In this document: in pieces, positions 1-10,881 of the stretch
Layout of the letters: each line of letters opens with the position of its first letter
Position numbering within the stretch: position 1 is the first letter of the stretch
DNA from: a virus
Length of the DNA: 64,000 nt
Virus record (IMG/VR): IMGVR_UViG_3300047160_006395
Span: 39,398 to 103,397 of that record
Direction: 5' to 3' (one strand)
The notes under the pieces: generated by a model
The model's database searches: none
Told to the model about the DNA's origin: nothing
The model's input: only the letters and a program-made list of their open reading frames with translations
Program-made: the position numbers and the translations under genes

Positions 1-128
1 GTTGACTGAGCATCGTCAACCGGAGTCGTCACCGCGTTGGGGCTGCTCTTCTGTCGCCAGCCCTGTTCATACGATGCACGGGAAACCGGCCCAAACAAGG
101 GCTGGCGTCCCTCGCTATCATTAGCCAT
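1..128 (-). CDS. 5' end of a hypothetical protein (MANDSEGRQPLFG...), running off the window
   Basis: ATG at 128 with AAGGTGG RBS at 137-143; frame open to the window edge; directly downstream of the tail tube gene. Confidence 0.4.
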   Translation of the reverse strand, partial: MANDSEGRQPLFGPVSRASYEQGWRQKSSPNAVTTPVDDAQS

Positions 129-206
129 GACGCTGACCACCTTGCGGTGAGGTTATGGGCACTAAGGCCCGGGTGAATAGTGCTGGCGGCCGCCGCGCTA
201 TGAATG

Positions 207-818
207 CTAGAACGGCGCTGTTGGAGCAGGCACTTCATTGGCGACTGTCGTGGAATTTCCTTCCGTGTTGAACATCTGGACGAACATCAGCTGAAGTTGT
301 TCGTTGATCACCATATCTTGCGCGGCAACGCTGATACCGACGTTAATAAGTACAGCGAAACTGATGGTGAACTTGGCGTTACCGTACTTCGCAACTCGTC
401 CCGGGTTGTTATCCGACGAGTAACAGCCAGTACCGATGTAGAGATTCATCGTGTTGTTCTGGGCGTTACAGACATCGCCGAACGCAGTGTAAAAAGCTGC
501 CATGAGTACGGCCGGACCGATAACCCGGCCGATTGTCATGTTGCCCTGCACGCGACCACCAACGAAGTAGGTGTAGTTCGAGCCGATCTCATAAAGTCGG
601 GTAACTTGTTGCTGGTAACCAATGTTGACATTCTGCACGATCATTCCGGGCCCGAGCAGGCCACCGCTGCCGCGGCTAAATATGCCACCCTGTTGCGGGC
701 CAAGAGGAATTGACGAGGCACCAACCGTACCAGAGAAAGCAACGGCGGCGCCATCGGCGGACCAAGCTCCGCCCAGAACATTCATCGTCTTATTGAAAAT
801 ATCGGTGCCTGATGCCAT
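207..818 (-). CDS. putative tail tube protein
   Basis: 203 aa; follows the sheath gene; tube-like segment VQNVNIGYQQQVTRLYEIGSNYTYFVGGR; GGAGG RBS. Confidence 0.6.
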   Translation of the reverse strand: MASGTDIFNKTMNVLGGAWSADGAAVAFSGTVGASSIPLGPQQGGIFSRGSGGLLGPGMIVQNVNIGYQQQVTRLYEIGSNYTYFVGGRVQGNMTIGRVIGPAVLMAAFYTAFGDVCNAQNNTMNLYIGTGCYSSDNNPGRVAKYGNAKFTISFAVLINVGISVAAQDMVINEQLQLMFVQMFNTEGNSTTVANEVPAPTAPF

Positions 819-834
819 TGGTTAGACCTCCATG

Positions 835-3603
835 TCAGACAACGAGATGGACCTCGAGATTGTTCAACGGGTAAGGTAGCGTGACATCGATCACGCAGAC
901 CACCCGATCCGGGAGGATAGCGTGAGGTTGGAGACTGACGACTGTCGCAGCAATCAGCTGAGGACCAAGCCGGGCAATGGTCCCATTGGACTTCAGGAAG
1001 TTGATGCACGAATCGATCTCAACGCCCAGAATCATGAGGCCCGAAGGCGTGACGTTCATCAGACCGATAAAAGGAGCCAGCCGCAGGGCGAACAGATAAG
1101 AGATCGAGTCGAGGTTGGTCGTGACCATCTCTTCCGATGAATTCACGTCCGTGTTGTCGGTAGTCAAGGCATGACGAGTGTAAACCGTCCCATCCGGCGA
1201 CTGAGTCACAATCCATGTGCCAGCTCCAGCCATGACGTTGAGCTGGTTACCGCCGAAAAAGTTGGTGGTACGGGTCAAGTCATCGAATCCCGCGATCTGA
1301 AGATTGGTCATGCCTTGGTGGGGCAAGATGCCAGATCGCAAACCGGCCAGGGCACAAGCAAGGTAATATCCTTCCATGAGTACCCCGCCGCTGCCGACCG
1401 TGTCCGGCCAGACCATCTTCACGCGGCGGCTGCCAAAGCTGCCGGCTTGCTCGGCAAGGTCCGCGGCAATCTCATCCTTGCTCAGGTATCGCCAGACTTC
1501 GATCTTCTGTGGCGTCCCTATTTTTGCTGGCGGTCCAGACATCAGCAGGAGTGAGTCTTCCGTGAGCACTTGATCGATGATGTACTCATCATAGATCTCA
1601 TTGCCGCTACTATCGATGCCGTAGTCGGTCCGTACCACATCGCCAGGCTGCACCCTATTGGCGATGAAGTTGGAATTGCTAGGGGTAGGAACGGTGAGCA
1701 AGGTGTATTCAATACCCACCGCCGCGTTGTTCACGTCGATAGTAGCCATGACGACCTGGCCGTTCGACGAGTTAGCCTGGTCGACGACCGCGGCCTGACT
1801 CTTGGCCTGGATGGAGCCCCAAAGCGCGCGCCAACGCGCTTGTTCTGGCGACGATTCATCATTGACGTGTGCCGCGTACAGATCTTGAACCTGGCGGTCG
1901 AAGGTCAGCGGCACGAGGTTGTACACGTCAACGCGACCGACCAACAGATCCAGAACCGCAACCCAGGAATTAAGATCATCAGGGTTAGCAACAGCAGTGA
2001 ACATCACAAACGAGCCGTTGCTGTTGGAGAGCGCGTTGTAGACCCCCCACTTGAGCGGGTTATCAGGAGTGAGCGGCCCGCTGATAGCTTCGTCGATGGT
2101 GCCAACATCGTAGATCCCGTTGACGCTGTTAGCCAGGTCAGAGATCCAGGCACGGTACTCGACATAGATATCGCCAGAAGTGACCGTTAGCGGGCGAGGC
2201 TGGCCGCCGGCGGTGAATTCCTCGTCGTAAGCAATGATCCCGCCATTGACGATGATCTGGGTTCCGTTCTGCGTCCAGTTGGTGATGCCGTCAGAGATCT
2301 GATCGACCATAATGTTACGCTGCACAGACAGCGTCAGATCAAGATTGGGCGGCGTCGCCTGCCCCACCAACTCCGATGGCAGATTGTGACCCAGAACAAG
2401 GACAGCCATGCGACCTTCCTGTACGCCGGTAACGATAACGTAGAACTTATCACCCTTGCGAATACCGGTCGGGGCAGGGCTACCGCTGAACTGGATCAGC
2501 AGCCCATCCGTACCGACAGGGTAGGTGTTGGCAAGATTGTTGACTATCTGAGGCGGACTACTGTCAGTGCCGAGCGTAGTAATGGCACTGAACATGGGGT
2601 AGTCAGGACCAGCAAGATGCCCGCCCTGGGTGAATTCGATGATGTAAGTCGTCGACTGAGCACCACGGAAGCCGCCAACAACGGCACTAGAGGTAGCCGA
2701 GATTGCCGAGTAGGCAGACTGGACGGCTATCGTGAAAACTTGGCCCGAGATCAGATCGCCCGTTCCAGTGAATGTCAATGACAACCCACGGTTGCCTACC
2801 GTAAAAGCAGTACCTGACGCGGCACAAGGAACCCCCATGGCGCTGTCATGACCACTGGCCGTGGTGGCATTCACTGTGGCGGTCGCCAGCGTGCCTCCGC
2901 TCGACGAGTCTGCAATCGTGATCGTGTAGGTATCGTCCAACACACCATCAGCCAGCGCGTCATAATTGGTGATGCTGGCTGTCAGAGTCGGGCCGGTATA
3001 GCCAGTAGGCGGAGTAACGATCGCACTACCCGTCGGATTGGTCTTTCCGTTAGCGCCATCCGAACTCGCTGATCCAACGGACGCACCAGTTGGATCAGCC
3101 TCAACGGCCATGACGTAGGTATCGAGTTCGTAGTTCGTACCGCCAGAAGCACCGCGGATATGCACCAGGTCGCCGGGCTGCACATCGCGATCGAAAAGCA
3201 GCGGATAGCGAGGATAAGCGCCGTTGAGTGCGAAACCGCAAGTCGGAAGATTCGTATCGTCGCAACGAATCTGATTGCTGCTGTTGACGACCGGTGTGAC
3301 CTTGCTGGTACCGGTGCCGGCAGCGGTCAGATCCACATAGTACTCAAGATCGGCATTGTCGATGTAGATCTTGGTGTAATTGAAGTCGATGATGCCGCCT
3401 GGAGGCCGCTGCGGCCACTCACTAACAATGGTGTTGAGCGGATCATAGGCACCCAGAAAAGCCAGGAGCTTCTCATTAGGCTCCGCGTAGCGAAGCAGGA
3501 AGGCGTGTGGCCCGGAGATGTGTGCGTTCAGCGTGCCCGTCAGGGCAGCCGGGGCAATGTTGAACTCCTGGAACACCAGGACTTGCGGTACGATGTAAGC
3601 CAT
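835..3603 (-). CDS. contractile tail sheath protein
   Basis: 922 aa; sheath-like N-terminus MAYIVPQVLVFQEF; C-terminal YLACALAG...HQGMTN...VRHALTT-like segment and terminal VTLPYPLNNLEVHLVV. Confidence 0.75.
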   Translation of the reverse strand: MAYIVPQVLVFQEFNIAPAALTGTLNAHISGPHAFLLRYAEPNEKLLAFLGAYDPLNTIVSEWPQRPPGGIIDFNYTKIYIDNADLEYYVDLTAAGTGTSKVTPVVNSSNQIRCDDTNLPTCGFALNGAYPRYPLLFDRDVQPGDLVHIRGASGGTNYELDTYVMAVEADPTGASVGSASSDGANGKTNPTGSAIVTPPTGYTGPTLTASITNYDALADGVLDDTYTITIADSSSGGTLATATVNATTASGHDSAMGVPCAASGTAFTVGNRGLSLTFTGTGDLISGQVFTIAVQSAYSAISATSSAVVGGFRGAQSTTYIIEFTQGGHLAGPDYPMFSAITTLGTDSSPPQIVNNLANTYPVGTDGLLIQFSGSPAPTGIRKGDKFYVIVTGVQEGRMAVLVLGHNLPSELVGQATPPNLDLTLSVQRNIMVDQISDGITNWTQNGTQIIVNGGIIAYDEEFTAGGQPRPLTVTSGDIYVEYRAWISDLANSVNGIYDVGTIDEAISGPLTPDNPLKWGVYNALSNSNGSFVMFTAVANPDDLNSWVAVLDLLVGRVDVYNLVPLTFDRQVQDLYAAHVNDESSPEQARWRALWGSIQAKSQAAVVDQANSSNGQVVMATIDVNNAAVGIEYTLLTVPTPSNSNFIANRVQPGDVVRTDYGIDSSGNEIYDEYIIDQVLTEDSLLLMSGPPAKIGTPQKIEVWRYLSKDEIAADLAEQAGSFGSRRVKMVWPDTVGSGGVLMEGYYLACALAGLRSGILPHQGMTNLQIAGFDDLTRTTNFFGGNQLNVMAGAGTWIVTQSPDGTVYTRHALTTDNTDVNSSEEMVTTNLDSISYLFALRLAPFIGLMNVTPSGLMILGVEIDSCINFLKSNGTIARLGPQLIAATVVSLQPHAILPDRVVCVIDVTLPYPLNNLEVHLVV

Positions 3604-3650
3604 TGCTATCGGAGCCTCCGTGCGAGTCGAATGGTTTCGTCAGTCCGTTG

Positions 3651-4340
3651 TTACCCGATCCCGGGGCCGCAAACCCCGCAGAGCCGGCCGCCAAGATCCG
3701 TTGGCGAGAACATATTCGCCGATAGCACGAAACGCTTCAGCTTGGGCACATCCTGTTCGATGGTCCAATGCAACTGTGAAGCGTACGCGACGGTGATTGG
3801 AACGGCAAAATTCTCCGTCGCCTCTTGCAGCTCATTCACGGGGCCCAGTTCCGAGACACTGAAGCGCGTCAGGTTCAGCGTTCGACGAATGAGGGAGCTG
3901 AACATCAGCATCTCCCGGAACACTTCGGCACCGAGGATCTCGACCTCGCCGCCCTCGCCGGCCAAACAGAACAAAGTATGAGAGCCACGCATTAGCACGC
4001 AGTAGCGCTCGTATCCATCTGGTGACGGAGTTAGCCGATCGTCGATGGATAGACGTTCAGGCGTCCACGCATTTCGTTTGATAATGATGGCCGGCCGGTT
4101 TTCAACGGCGGCCGGTTTCCAGTCCGTAATGCTCGCGATCAGGATACCATTTCTGGTGTTAGCACTCCAGAGAACGTCGCGTAGCTCTGGATGCTCGATG
4201 TTCTGGCGCCGGGAGAAATGATCCCCGAGCCACTGAAGCAGGAAGCCAGTCATTAAGATCGGCGTGAGCCCGAATGAACACGGGTTCGAGTAGTGCTCGA
4301 TCCTCAGTTCAGGGTTGCCGTTGGAAGGGATCTCGTCCAT
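3651..4340 (-). CDS. putative tail terminator/completion protein
   Basis: 229 aa; lies between the neck genes and the sheath; RPAIIIKR motif and size fit that role. Confidence 0.5.
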   Translation of the reverse strand: MDEIPSNGNPELRIEHYSNPCSFGLTPILMTGFLLQWLGDHFSRRQNIEHPELRDVLWSANTRNGILIASITDWKPAAVENRPAIIIKRNAWTPERLSIDDRLTPSPDGYERYCVLMRGSHTLFCLAGEGGEVEILGAEVFREMLMFSSLIRRTLNLTRFSVSELGPVNELQEATENFAVPITVAYASQLHWTIEQDVPKLKRFVLSANMFSPTDLGGRLCGVCGPGIG

Positions 4341-4402
4341 TGCTGCCAGCTTCCTTGCCCGGAGGCCGCCCCAGGAGTTTATCGATCACCTCTGGGTCCG
4401 GC

Positions 4403-5365
4403 TCATAACTCATCATGTCCTTGGGAGTCATTTGCGGCAACAGGCGACCACCCCGCCATGGCTTGGTACGGCTCTGGTCGGGGCGCGCAGGGGTTTCTGA
4501 GTTGCTCACGAGTCAGTGGAACCTCCACAGTGTAGATGACATCGGTGAATGGTGCCAGTCGTAACTCAGCCTGAGACACCAAAGGAACTGAACGGATCTC
4601 GGCAACATGCTTGACCCGATGGAAGTAAAAACGCAAGTCAGATTGATCAGCTACGAACGCATCCCAGTGAGCCACAGGCGGGTCATGGATGATCCTGGCC
4701 TGCCGGACCAACGAATCATCATCGATCGTACCGCGGCCCTGAAGTTCATCACGTTGCTCGTAAAGCCCGCTAGGTTCGGCATCCAGATCGTAGGGAACCG
4801 GCGCGTAGAAACCACCAAAGAATTCAGTCCCGACAGTAGCCGGATCGACTGTCTTGGTGATCTCGCCGGTCAGATAGTCCGTAACAGAGTTACGGCGATC
4901 AGTCGGGTCAGGTGTTACCCCGGTCCGCTGCCGCTTCAATAACCAGCCTTGAACAACACCGGCGATGCGAAACCGCAGCCGTTCTTTCCTGACGATGAGG
5001 CGGGCCCTGACCCAGCCCCGACTATCGAGAGTGCCGAAAACACCCATAGGTTCTGAGGTGTACTCACCCACAGGTGTACGGAGTATGACACGAAAGTGCG
5101 TCGTCAAGTTGCGACCACCGGTCAAGATCGGGTCCATACTGATGACGACGGTGAACCAATTGGGCAACCAGTCGGTAAGGTCTGTCCAGATCGACGTATC
5201 GACACCGGTATCAGAAACCTGCGGCAGGAATTCCCAGGGCGGCGGATCACAGAACCACGGCGCCATCTCCCAGCTCAGTCGGCTCTGGCCTGCCACCATG
5301 TGGTCGATGCGCAGCCGCTTGAAGACTGGGTTCCGGGTGTAGGGGTTGAGCATATCCGGCGTCAC
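4403..5365 (-). CDS. putative head-closure/neck protein
   Basis: 320 aa; coupled to the upstream gene (GTGA overlap); synteny; GTEFFGGFYAP segment. Confidence 0.45.
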   Translation of the reverse strand: MTPDMLNPYTRNPVFKRLRIDHMVAGQSRLSWEMAPWFCDPPPWEFLPQVSDTGVDTSIWTDLTDWLPNWFTVVISMDPILTGGRNLTTHFRVILRTPVGEYTSEPMGVFGTLDSRGWVRARLIVRKERLRFRIAGVVQGWLLKRQRTGVTPDPTDRRNSVTDYLTGEITKTVDPATVGTEFFGGFYAPVPYDLDAEPSGLYEQRDELQGRGTIDDDSLVRQARIIHDPPVAHWDAFVADQSDLRFYFHRVKHVAEIRSVPLVSQAELRLAPFTDVIYTVEVPLTREQLRNPCAPRPEPYQAMAGWSPVAANDSQGHDEL

Positions 5366-6615
5366 CAGGTAAGCCCCCTCTGAGCAGGAATATAGATCCT
5401 CGAGTAGTCAGAAGGCAGCTCACCCCAGCCTGCTTCCAGGTTGGCCGAGATCTTGCGTTGCTGCACCCACTGCTTGTAGTCGGCCCAGATAGTAGCAGCG
5501 ACCTCTTCGTACTGCTGGGCCTTGGTGCCATGCTCATCGAATGAAACACCGCCGGCCGAATAAGCAACCTGGTTGCGGCGATGCCATTCGGCGGCCAGCC
5601 GGAAGAGCATGGCCTTGGCCCCTTGCTTCCACCAGTACCGATAGGGAAAGTTCTGGGTGGTGTAGCTGGGCGGAACTGGCGGCAATGCCTCGTTCCAGTA
5701 GTCAACGACACTGCGCAGCGCCGCAATGATCTCAGAGTTATCCCAGTACACCGAATCATCAAGCAGTTCACTCTCCAGCGGGGAGCTATCCCGCAGCTCC
5801 AGCCGCATCTCGGCAATCGAAGGTGGCCCGTGGTACTGGAAGGCGCCAAAGAGACTTTGCTCGACGACCAGGAAGAACTTGTTGCTGATGGCGACGCAGG
5901 TGCCTTCGGCATCAAAAACGCCCATCTCGGCGACGTAGATGCCAGGACCACCCAGCGCCGCAGGGTCGATGTCAGCAACCATCAACCCAGAAGATGGGTC
6001 ACTCGAGCTAGCTGCGAAGTCCTGGGAGTAGTTGTAGCAATCCGGCGCGATCCGCAACGTACCCATAACCAGGGCCTGGACACCGGCTTCACAGATGCTC
6101 AGGTCAACCGGACAACCCTGACCATCGACCATTGTCCAGGCGACCGACGGACATGGCGCAGCGCTGACAACGACGGTCTTGATACGCTGCGTAACGGGGA
6201 TCGTTTCGATCGTGGCGATGGTTGGCGAAGAAGGTGGCGTTTCACAAGGCTCGAGGATTGACCGCGGCGCCGCAATAGGTGGTGGGACAACGCGCACCCG
6301 CGGCCCGGCCCTGCGCGCTGGTTGAGCGGCCCGCTTTACAAGAGCGGCCGGACCAATGAGAACTGCACCCTGTTCGGGCGTAACCTCGAAAGCAACAGTC
6401 TGCGGGCTAGGCCCGCCTGTATCCCATACAAGCTGTCCGCGAAAGTGACTGGGATAGGCAATGGCTGCGCCGTACTGGCCGCTGCCCAGATCCTCGACGC
6501 CCTGAACAACCCTGGGACCAATTGGCTTGCCGGCTTTCACCAGCGTGTAGCCGATGGTCTTCAAACCGGCCTTGATCGGGCCGAAGTCAACTCTGGTATA
6601 GGGTTCAAATGCCAT
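5362..6615 (-). CDS. putative head-tail adaptor (neck) protein with N-terminal beta-rich domains
   Basis: 417 aa; C-terminal helical domain PSIAEMRLELRD...YWNEALPP...YSAGGVSFDE resembles adaptor proteins; AAGGAGG RBS. Confidence 0.5.
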   Translation of the reverse strand: MAFEPYTRVDFGPIKAGLKTIGYTLVKAGKPIGPRVVQGVEDLGSGQYGAAIAYPSHFRGQLVWDTGGPSPQTVAFEVTPEQGAVLIGPAALVKRAAQPARRAGPRVRVVPPPIAAPRSILEPCETPPSSPTIATIETIPVTQRIKTVVVSAAPCPSVAWTMVDGQGCPVDLSICEAGVQALVMGTLRIAPDCYNYSQDFAASSSDPSSGLMVADIDPAALGGPGIYVAEMGVFDAEGTCVAISNKFFLVVEQSLFGAFQYHGPPSIAEMRLELRDSSPLESELLDDSVYWDNSEIIAALRSVVDYWNEALPPVPPSYTTQNFPYRYWWKQGAKAMLFRLAAEWHRRNQVAYSAGGVSFDEHGTKAQQYEEVAATIWADYKQWVQQRKISANLEAGWGELPSDYSRIYIPAQRGLTW

Positions 6616-6645
6616 GGAACGAGCCTCCTTGCCGGTTTTTTGATC

Positions 6646-9600
6646 CTATCCCTCCGGCGCTGCTGGGTCTATCCCCCTGGTCGACGGTGGGTCCGGCGTC
6701 ATACCCCTGATTGGCTTGATCGTGGGATCAGTGGTCACATTCGCCTGCCATGCTACTGTACTGTCTTCGGCAAGAATGGCCATCGGCAGTGCCTTCGCAG
6801 TCTTGAAGTCCCACAGCGCCCGGGCCGCTTGAAGCACGCACCGCATGACGATACCAGCCACAGAAGTGAAAGCTCGGGTAAGAGTCAGGTCGGCTATCGC
6901 ATTGCGCTCAGTCGGGCTCAACCCGATACCAGAATACGGATCAGGAGCCACGACATTGAATTTGACCCATGCTGGCTCAGCTCCTGCTGCGGTGGCCATC
7001 AAAACGTACTCACCTGGCACGCTAAGATCCGCAGCGGTAGCTTGCAGTTCGTACCAACCATCGGCTACCTCGCTGACAACACCACTAGCCAGCGCCCAGC
7101 CAACCCCTGGCTTCAACAAACTGACCACCGGCGTGGCGCCAAGTATCGGATCGATCCGATCAGAGCTGGTCAACAAGAACCCAATGGGATATGGGGTATC
7201 GTTGCCTGCCTGTCGGGCCTTGATGGCGATCCCCGCCGGTATACGTGTTCCAACACGCTGAGTCGCCCAACGACCGAACAACGGAACCTTGAGGGTCGTG
7301 GTGTCGGTCGTATGCGTGATGGCCGTGGACTGACTGATGTCCGTGTCCGTCGTATGTGAGATCGGCAACACGTTCAAGAAGATCGAATCTGTGTCGTGCG
7401 TTACCGTTTGGGGTGCTGGCAGCCATGTATCGGTGGAATGGGCAATGGTCCGTACGATGTTGGCTATGGTGTCAGTGTTGTGAGAAAGGACGACGACGTT
7501 GCAGATCAGTGAGTCTGTCGCGTGTCTGACGGTATAGGTTCCCTGCAAGAACGAATCTACGTAGTTAGGTAGATGCCTTGTGCCACGAAGATCCGTATCC
7601 GTGGTGTGCCATACCTGCGGCAACGGCTCTACGTAAGCATCGGCAGTGTGTGTTCGGGTGAACGCTCCAAACTTCGAGGTATCGGTCGTATGCGCCTTGA
7701 TCCGGGTAGCGAGGAGCCTGCTATCGGTCTGGTGAATGATCGTGCGGATGTAGAGATACCGGGCATCGGTCGTGTGGGTCTTCGTCCGCGTCCCGCGCCT
7801 GTTCGTATCGGTGGTATGGGACTTGATGAATGTCTTCCCGTGCAGCATGTCGGTCGTGTGCGTCCGTTTGACCGTTCCCTTCAGCCGCGTATCGGTCGTA
7901 TGCGTCTGGGTCGCTACCCCGAACAGCCAGGCATCGGTCTTATGGGTGCGACTGACTGACCCTGCGATATCCGCGTCAGTAACGTGCGCCCGTGTGTAGG
8001 TGTGGAACACGGGTGATAAGTACGTCGTATCGGTGTGGTGAGTAACCTTATAAGTCTGGGCCACTCTACAGTCAGTGGAGTGCGTACAGGTCCCAGATCC
8101 CAAGAGATCAGACTCGGTCTCGTGAAGTACCGTGTAGGTAAAGACCCCTGCTGTCCACGAATAGGTGGTGCAGTCGGTCTTGTGCCTGACTCTGGGCGAG
8201 CCAAGAAGATCGGCATCGGTCCTGTGGTTCTGGGCGAACGTGGCACGAAGATTGGCGTCAGTCGCATGGGCACGGACGATCGTGCCACGGAGATTGGCGT
8301 CGGTCTTGTGATTGCGGCTGACCGTACCGAGAAGGTCAGCATCAGTCTTGTGCGTCCGGGTCATGGCCCCACGCAGATCGGCATCGGTCGTGTGGGTTAT
8401 GGTGTAAGTCGCAAAAAGCCCCATGAGCCGGCTGTCGGTGCTATGGGAAATGTAGTGCCACTTGATCAGTGTCGAATCGGTAAGATGAATGATGTTCTCG
8501 ACCAGGGTATGCAAACCAACACCGCCCAGCCAGATACCAAAGATGCCCACGAAGCCGGGCGTTTTGACCCCTGGCCGATCCGTGATAAACACGTCGGTGG
8601 AGTGAACCCGCGGGCTCGGACCCATCCACACGTCGGTCTTGTGGTTGAGGAGCTTGGTCTCTTTCAGGTCGCTATCAGTCGAATGCGCGCGGGTGAATGT
8701 TCCCTGAATCAAGGTTGACGTGCTGTGGATCTTGGTAACCGTCAGCAGTAGCCATGCGTCAGTCTTGTGGAATTGGGTATAGGTAGCGTTCCTGAGTGTG
8801 TCAGTGGTGTGTGACTGAAGATAAACGTGATAGGTGGTGGTATCAGTGCTGTGCTGCCGTACCTTCGTTGGACCTCTTGCGTTGAGCAGCTCGATAATGA
8901 TGCCGACTGATGGTGCAGCCAGGGTGATCGTCGCATTGGCCGAGTAGGTTCCGATGGCGGTAACGCTAGGATCATTGGCTGCCTGTGAACTGAGCTGGTT
9001 TCCCGTGGCGCCAACGCTCGATATCAGCGTGCCCCCTACGGCAACAAACGGTGGCGGTGTGATGCCGGCTATCGTGGTGCCCCAGCCGACACCCCAGGCG
9101 CAGACGATGACCTCGGTGTTGACCGGGCTCATCGTGATCGTGATGTAGCCGGTAGCAAGTATGGGGTTGGTGAGACCTGCGCAGTTGGTGGCGCCTATCC
9201 CATAGATCGCGTCGACGCCGGAGTACTCAATGAGATGGAGATTGCACTTGGTCGCCCCTGACGTGAGATTCCAGGTGCCCGTGGTCAGCTGCGACGCGGC
9301 ATTCAGATAGACATAGGCGGCGCCGCCAACGCTGGTGCCATTGATGATCGAGAGAATCTGAGCCCATGCAGGGCTAGGCGGTGTTGGCGTTGCATCCGCG
9401 CCACCCCGCCAGAAGAGAAAAGCAACCAGGGCATCACCGGGCGTGGTTGCGATGGGCCATGTCCCGGTAACCGTGTTGCCATCGGACGCAGTTCCAGTTT
9501 CTTGAATGAGGACGACAGGCGGAGTTGCCGCAAGAATACCTCGAGTGAGACTGCTGTCGGTGTTGTGCGTTATCGTTCTTGTTACCACTGCCGGCGGGGA

Positions 9601-10287
9601 CACAAGGTAACTGTCGGCCTTGTGAGTTATCGCCACCGTCGTCGTGATCACGCTTTGCAGCTGCATGATGACGCCGACTGATGCCGCCGACAGATTGAGG
9701 CCCAGCGTAGCCGAATAGGTTCCAGCAGCTGTGACGGTAGGGTTGATACCTCCTTGTGAGCCGACCCTGGCCTGCGGAATACCAGTACCGCCAGACTGCG
9801 CGCCGCCCAAATAAGAGAACGACGTCGGTGTGATACCAGTCGGCACGATACCGGAAGCAACGCCCCACCCGACGACGATGGCCTGGTTGTCAGAAAAGGC
9901 TTGCGGACATGTGATCGTCCCGGAGGTGGCTGTATTACCAGTCGCGAGTCCCGGGTTACTCTCACCTATCGGAGTGGTTCGATCGCAACCCGAAAACTCC
10001 ATGATGTGAAGCGTGACACCGTTTACCCCGCTGACAGTCCAGGTACCTGTCGTCGTCTGAGACGGTGCGTTCCGATAGAAATAGCCGTCTCCTCCGACAG
10101 ATGAGCCGTTGTAACCATAAGCATCCGAGGTCCAGTTAGGATCCGGTACCGCCGGTACTATCGACCCACCCTTCCAGAAAAGGAGCGCAATCAGGCAATT
10201 ACCGGCTGTCGTCGCAGCAGGCCACGTCCCAACGATCGTAGAACCGCTGGAACCAAACTCAGCATGTTGAACAAGTTGAACGGACAT
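6646..10287 (-). CDS. fibre/adhesin-like virion protein with HxTD repeats
   Basis: 1213 aa; two copies of an N-terminal beta domain (WP.ATT.G..L.A.LFW.GG), many ~16-aa HxTD repeats, C-terminal domain paralogous to 10300..10878. Confidence 0.6.
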   Translation of the reverse strand: MSVQLVQHAEFGSSGSTIVGTWPAATTAGNCLIALLFWKGGSIVPAVPDPNWTSDAYGYNGSSVGGDGYFYRNAPSQTTTGTWTVSGVNGVTLHIMEFSGCDRTTPIGESNPGLATGNTATSGTITCPQAFSDNQAIVVGWGVASGIVPTGITPTSFSYLGGAQSGGTGIPQARVGSQGGINPTVTAAGTYSATLGLNLSAASVGVIMQLQSVITTTVAITHKADSYLVSPPAVVTRTITHNTDSSLTRGILAATPPVVLIQETGTASDGNTVTGTWPIATTPGDALVAFLFWRGGADATPTPPSPAWAQILSIINGTSVGGAAYVYLNAASQLTTGTWNLTSGATKCNLHLIEYSGVDAIYGIGATNCAGLTNPILATGYITITMSPVNTEVIVCAWGVGWGTTIAGITPPPFVAVGGTLISSVGATGNQLSSQAANDPSVTAIGTYSANATITLAAPSVGIIIELLNARGPTKVRQHSTDTTTYHVYLQSHTTDTLRNATYTQFHKTDAWLLLTVTKIHSTSTLIQGTFTRAHSTDSDLKETKLLNHKTDVWMGPSPRVHSTDVFITDRPGVKTPGFVGIFGIWLGGVGLHTLVENIIHLTDSTLIKWHYISHSTDSRLMGLFATYTITHTTDADLRGAMTRTHKTDADLLGTVSRNHKTDANLRGTIVRAHATDANLRATFAQNHRTDADLLGSPRVRHKTDCTTYSWTAGVFTYTVLHETESDLLGSGTCTHSTDCRVAQTYKVTHHTDTTYLSPVFHTYTRAHVTDADIAGSVSRTHKTDAWLFGVATQTHTTDTRLKGTVKRTHTTDMLHGKTFIKSHTTDTNRRGTRTKTHTTDARYLYIRTIIHQTDSRLLATRIKAHTTDTSKFGAFTRTHTADAYVEPLPQVWHTTDTDLRGTRHLPNYVDSFLQGTYTVRHATDSLICNVVVLSHNTDTIANIVRTIAHSTDTWLPAPQTVTHDTDSIFLNVLPISHTTDTDISQSTAITHTTDTTTLKVPLFGRWATQRVGTRIPAGIAIKARQAGNDTPYPIGFLLTSSDRIDPILGATPVVSLLKPGVGWALASGVVSEVADGWYELQATAADLSVPGEYVLMATAAGAEPAWVKFNVVAPDPYSGIGLSPTERNAIADLTLTRAFTSVAGIVMRCVLQAARALWDFKTAKALPMAILAEDSTVAWQANVTTDPTIKPIRGMTPDPPSTRGIDPAAPEG
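7290..8850 (-). repeat. coding tandem ~48-bp (16-aa HxTD) repeats
   Basis: recurrent HTTD/HSTD/HKTD at roughly 16-17 aa spacing in the 1213-aa ORF. Confidence 0.85.
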
Positions 10288-10299
10288 TCATGCCGTCCA

Positions 10300-10878
10300 T
10301 TAAGAGAGCGGACTCTGACCAACGATCGGAGAAGCACCGTCCTGAGCCACGAGCTGTCCTGTCCAGGCCGGATGCGTAGTGTCATCGGTCTCGGTGCATA
10401 CAGTAAGCTGGCCGCTCGTTGGATTGACCGCCCACTTGTTGCGAAGCAACCGCATGGCGTTGAGCAGACATCGAGCCGGTATGGTCGAGATCTGGATCAC
10501 GGTCTGGGTCCAGTCTCGAGTCAGAATCACGTCGGCCATGGCCGTACGCTCGGCAGGTGATAGGCTGATGGCGGCGAACGGATCATACGCAACGATGTCG
10601 TACCGCTCGTCGTAAGGATCACAACTAGGCTCGCTGACGTGGATCTTCAGCTCGCCAAGAACACTCACATCGGCCACCTTCTGAGCCCAGCTATACCAGC
10701 CATTACCTGTCTCGGTGACGACGACAGGCCCAGCCGCGGCGGTAAACGGAGACCCATTCTGGGAGATCGTCAGTTGGAGCGTCCCGGCTTTACCGGTAGC
10801 ACCAGTGATATGGTCAGTCTTGAGCACCAGCAAAAACCCGATCGGGTAAGTGGTGTCGTTTTGCTTTCGTTCCTGCAT
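10300..10878 (-). CDS. virion structural protein (probable fibre anchor), paralogue of the C-terminus of 6646..10287
   Basis: NDTTYPIGFLL...GNGWY...ADVSVLGE...LSPAERTAMADVILTR matches NDTPYPIGFLL...ADGWY...ADLSVPGE...LSPTERNAIADLTLTR. Confidence 0.65.
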   Translation of the reverse strand: MQERKQNDTTYPIGFLLVLKTDHITGATGKAGTLQLTISQNGSPFTAAAGPVVVTETGNGWYSWAQKVADVSVLGELKIHVSEPSCDPYDERYDIVAYDPFAAISLSPAERTAMADVILTRDWTQTVIQISTIPARCLLNAMRLLRNKWAVNPTSGQLTVCTETDDTTHPAWTGQLVAQDGASPIVGQSPLS

Positions 10879-10881
10879 GGA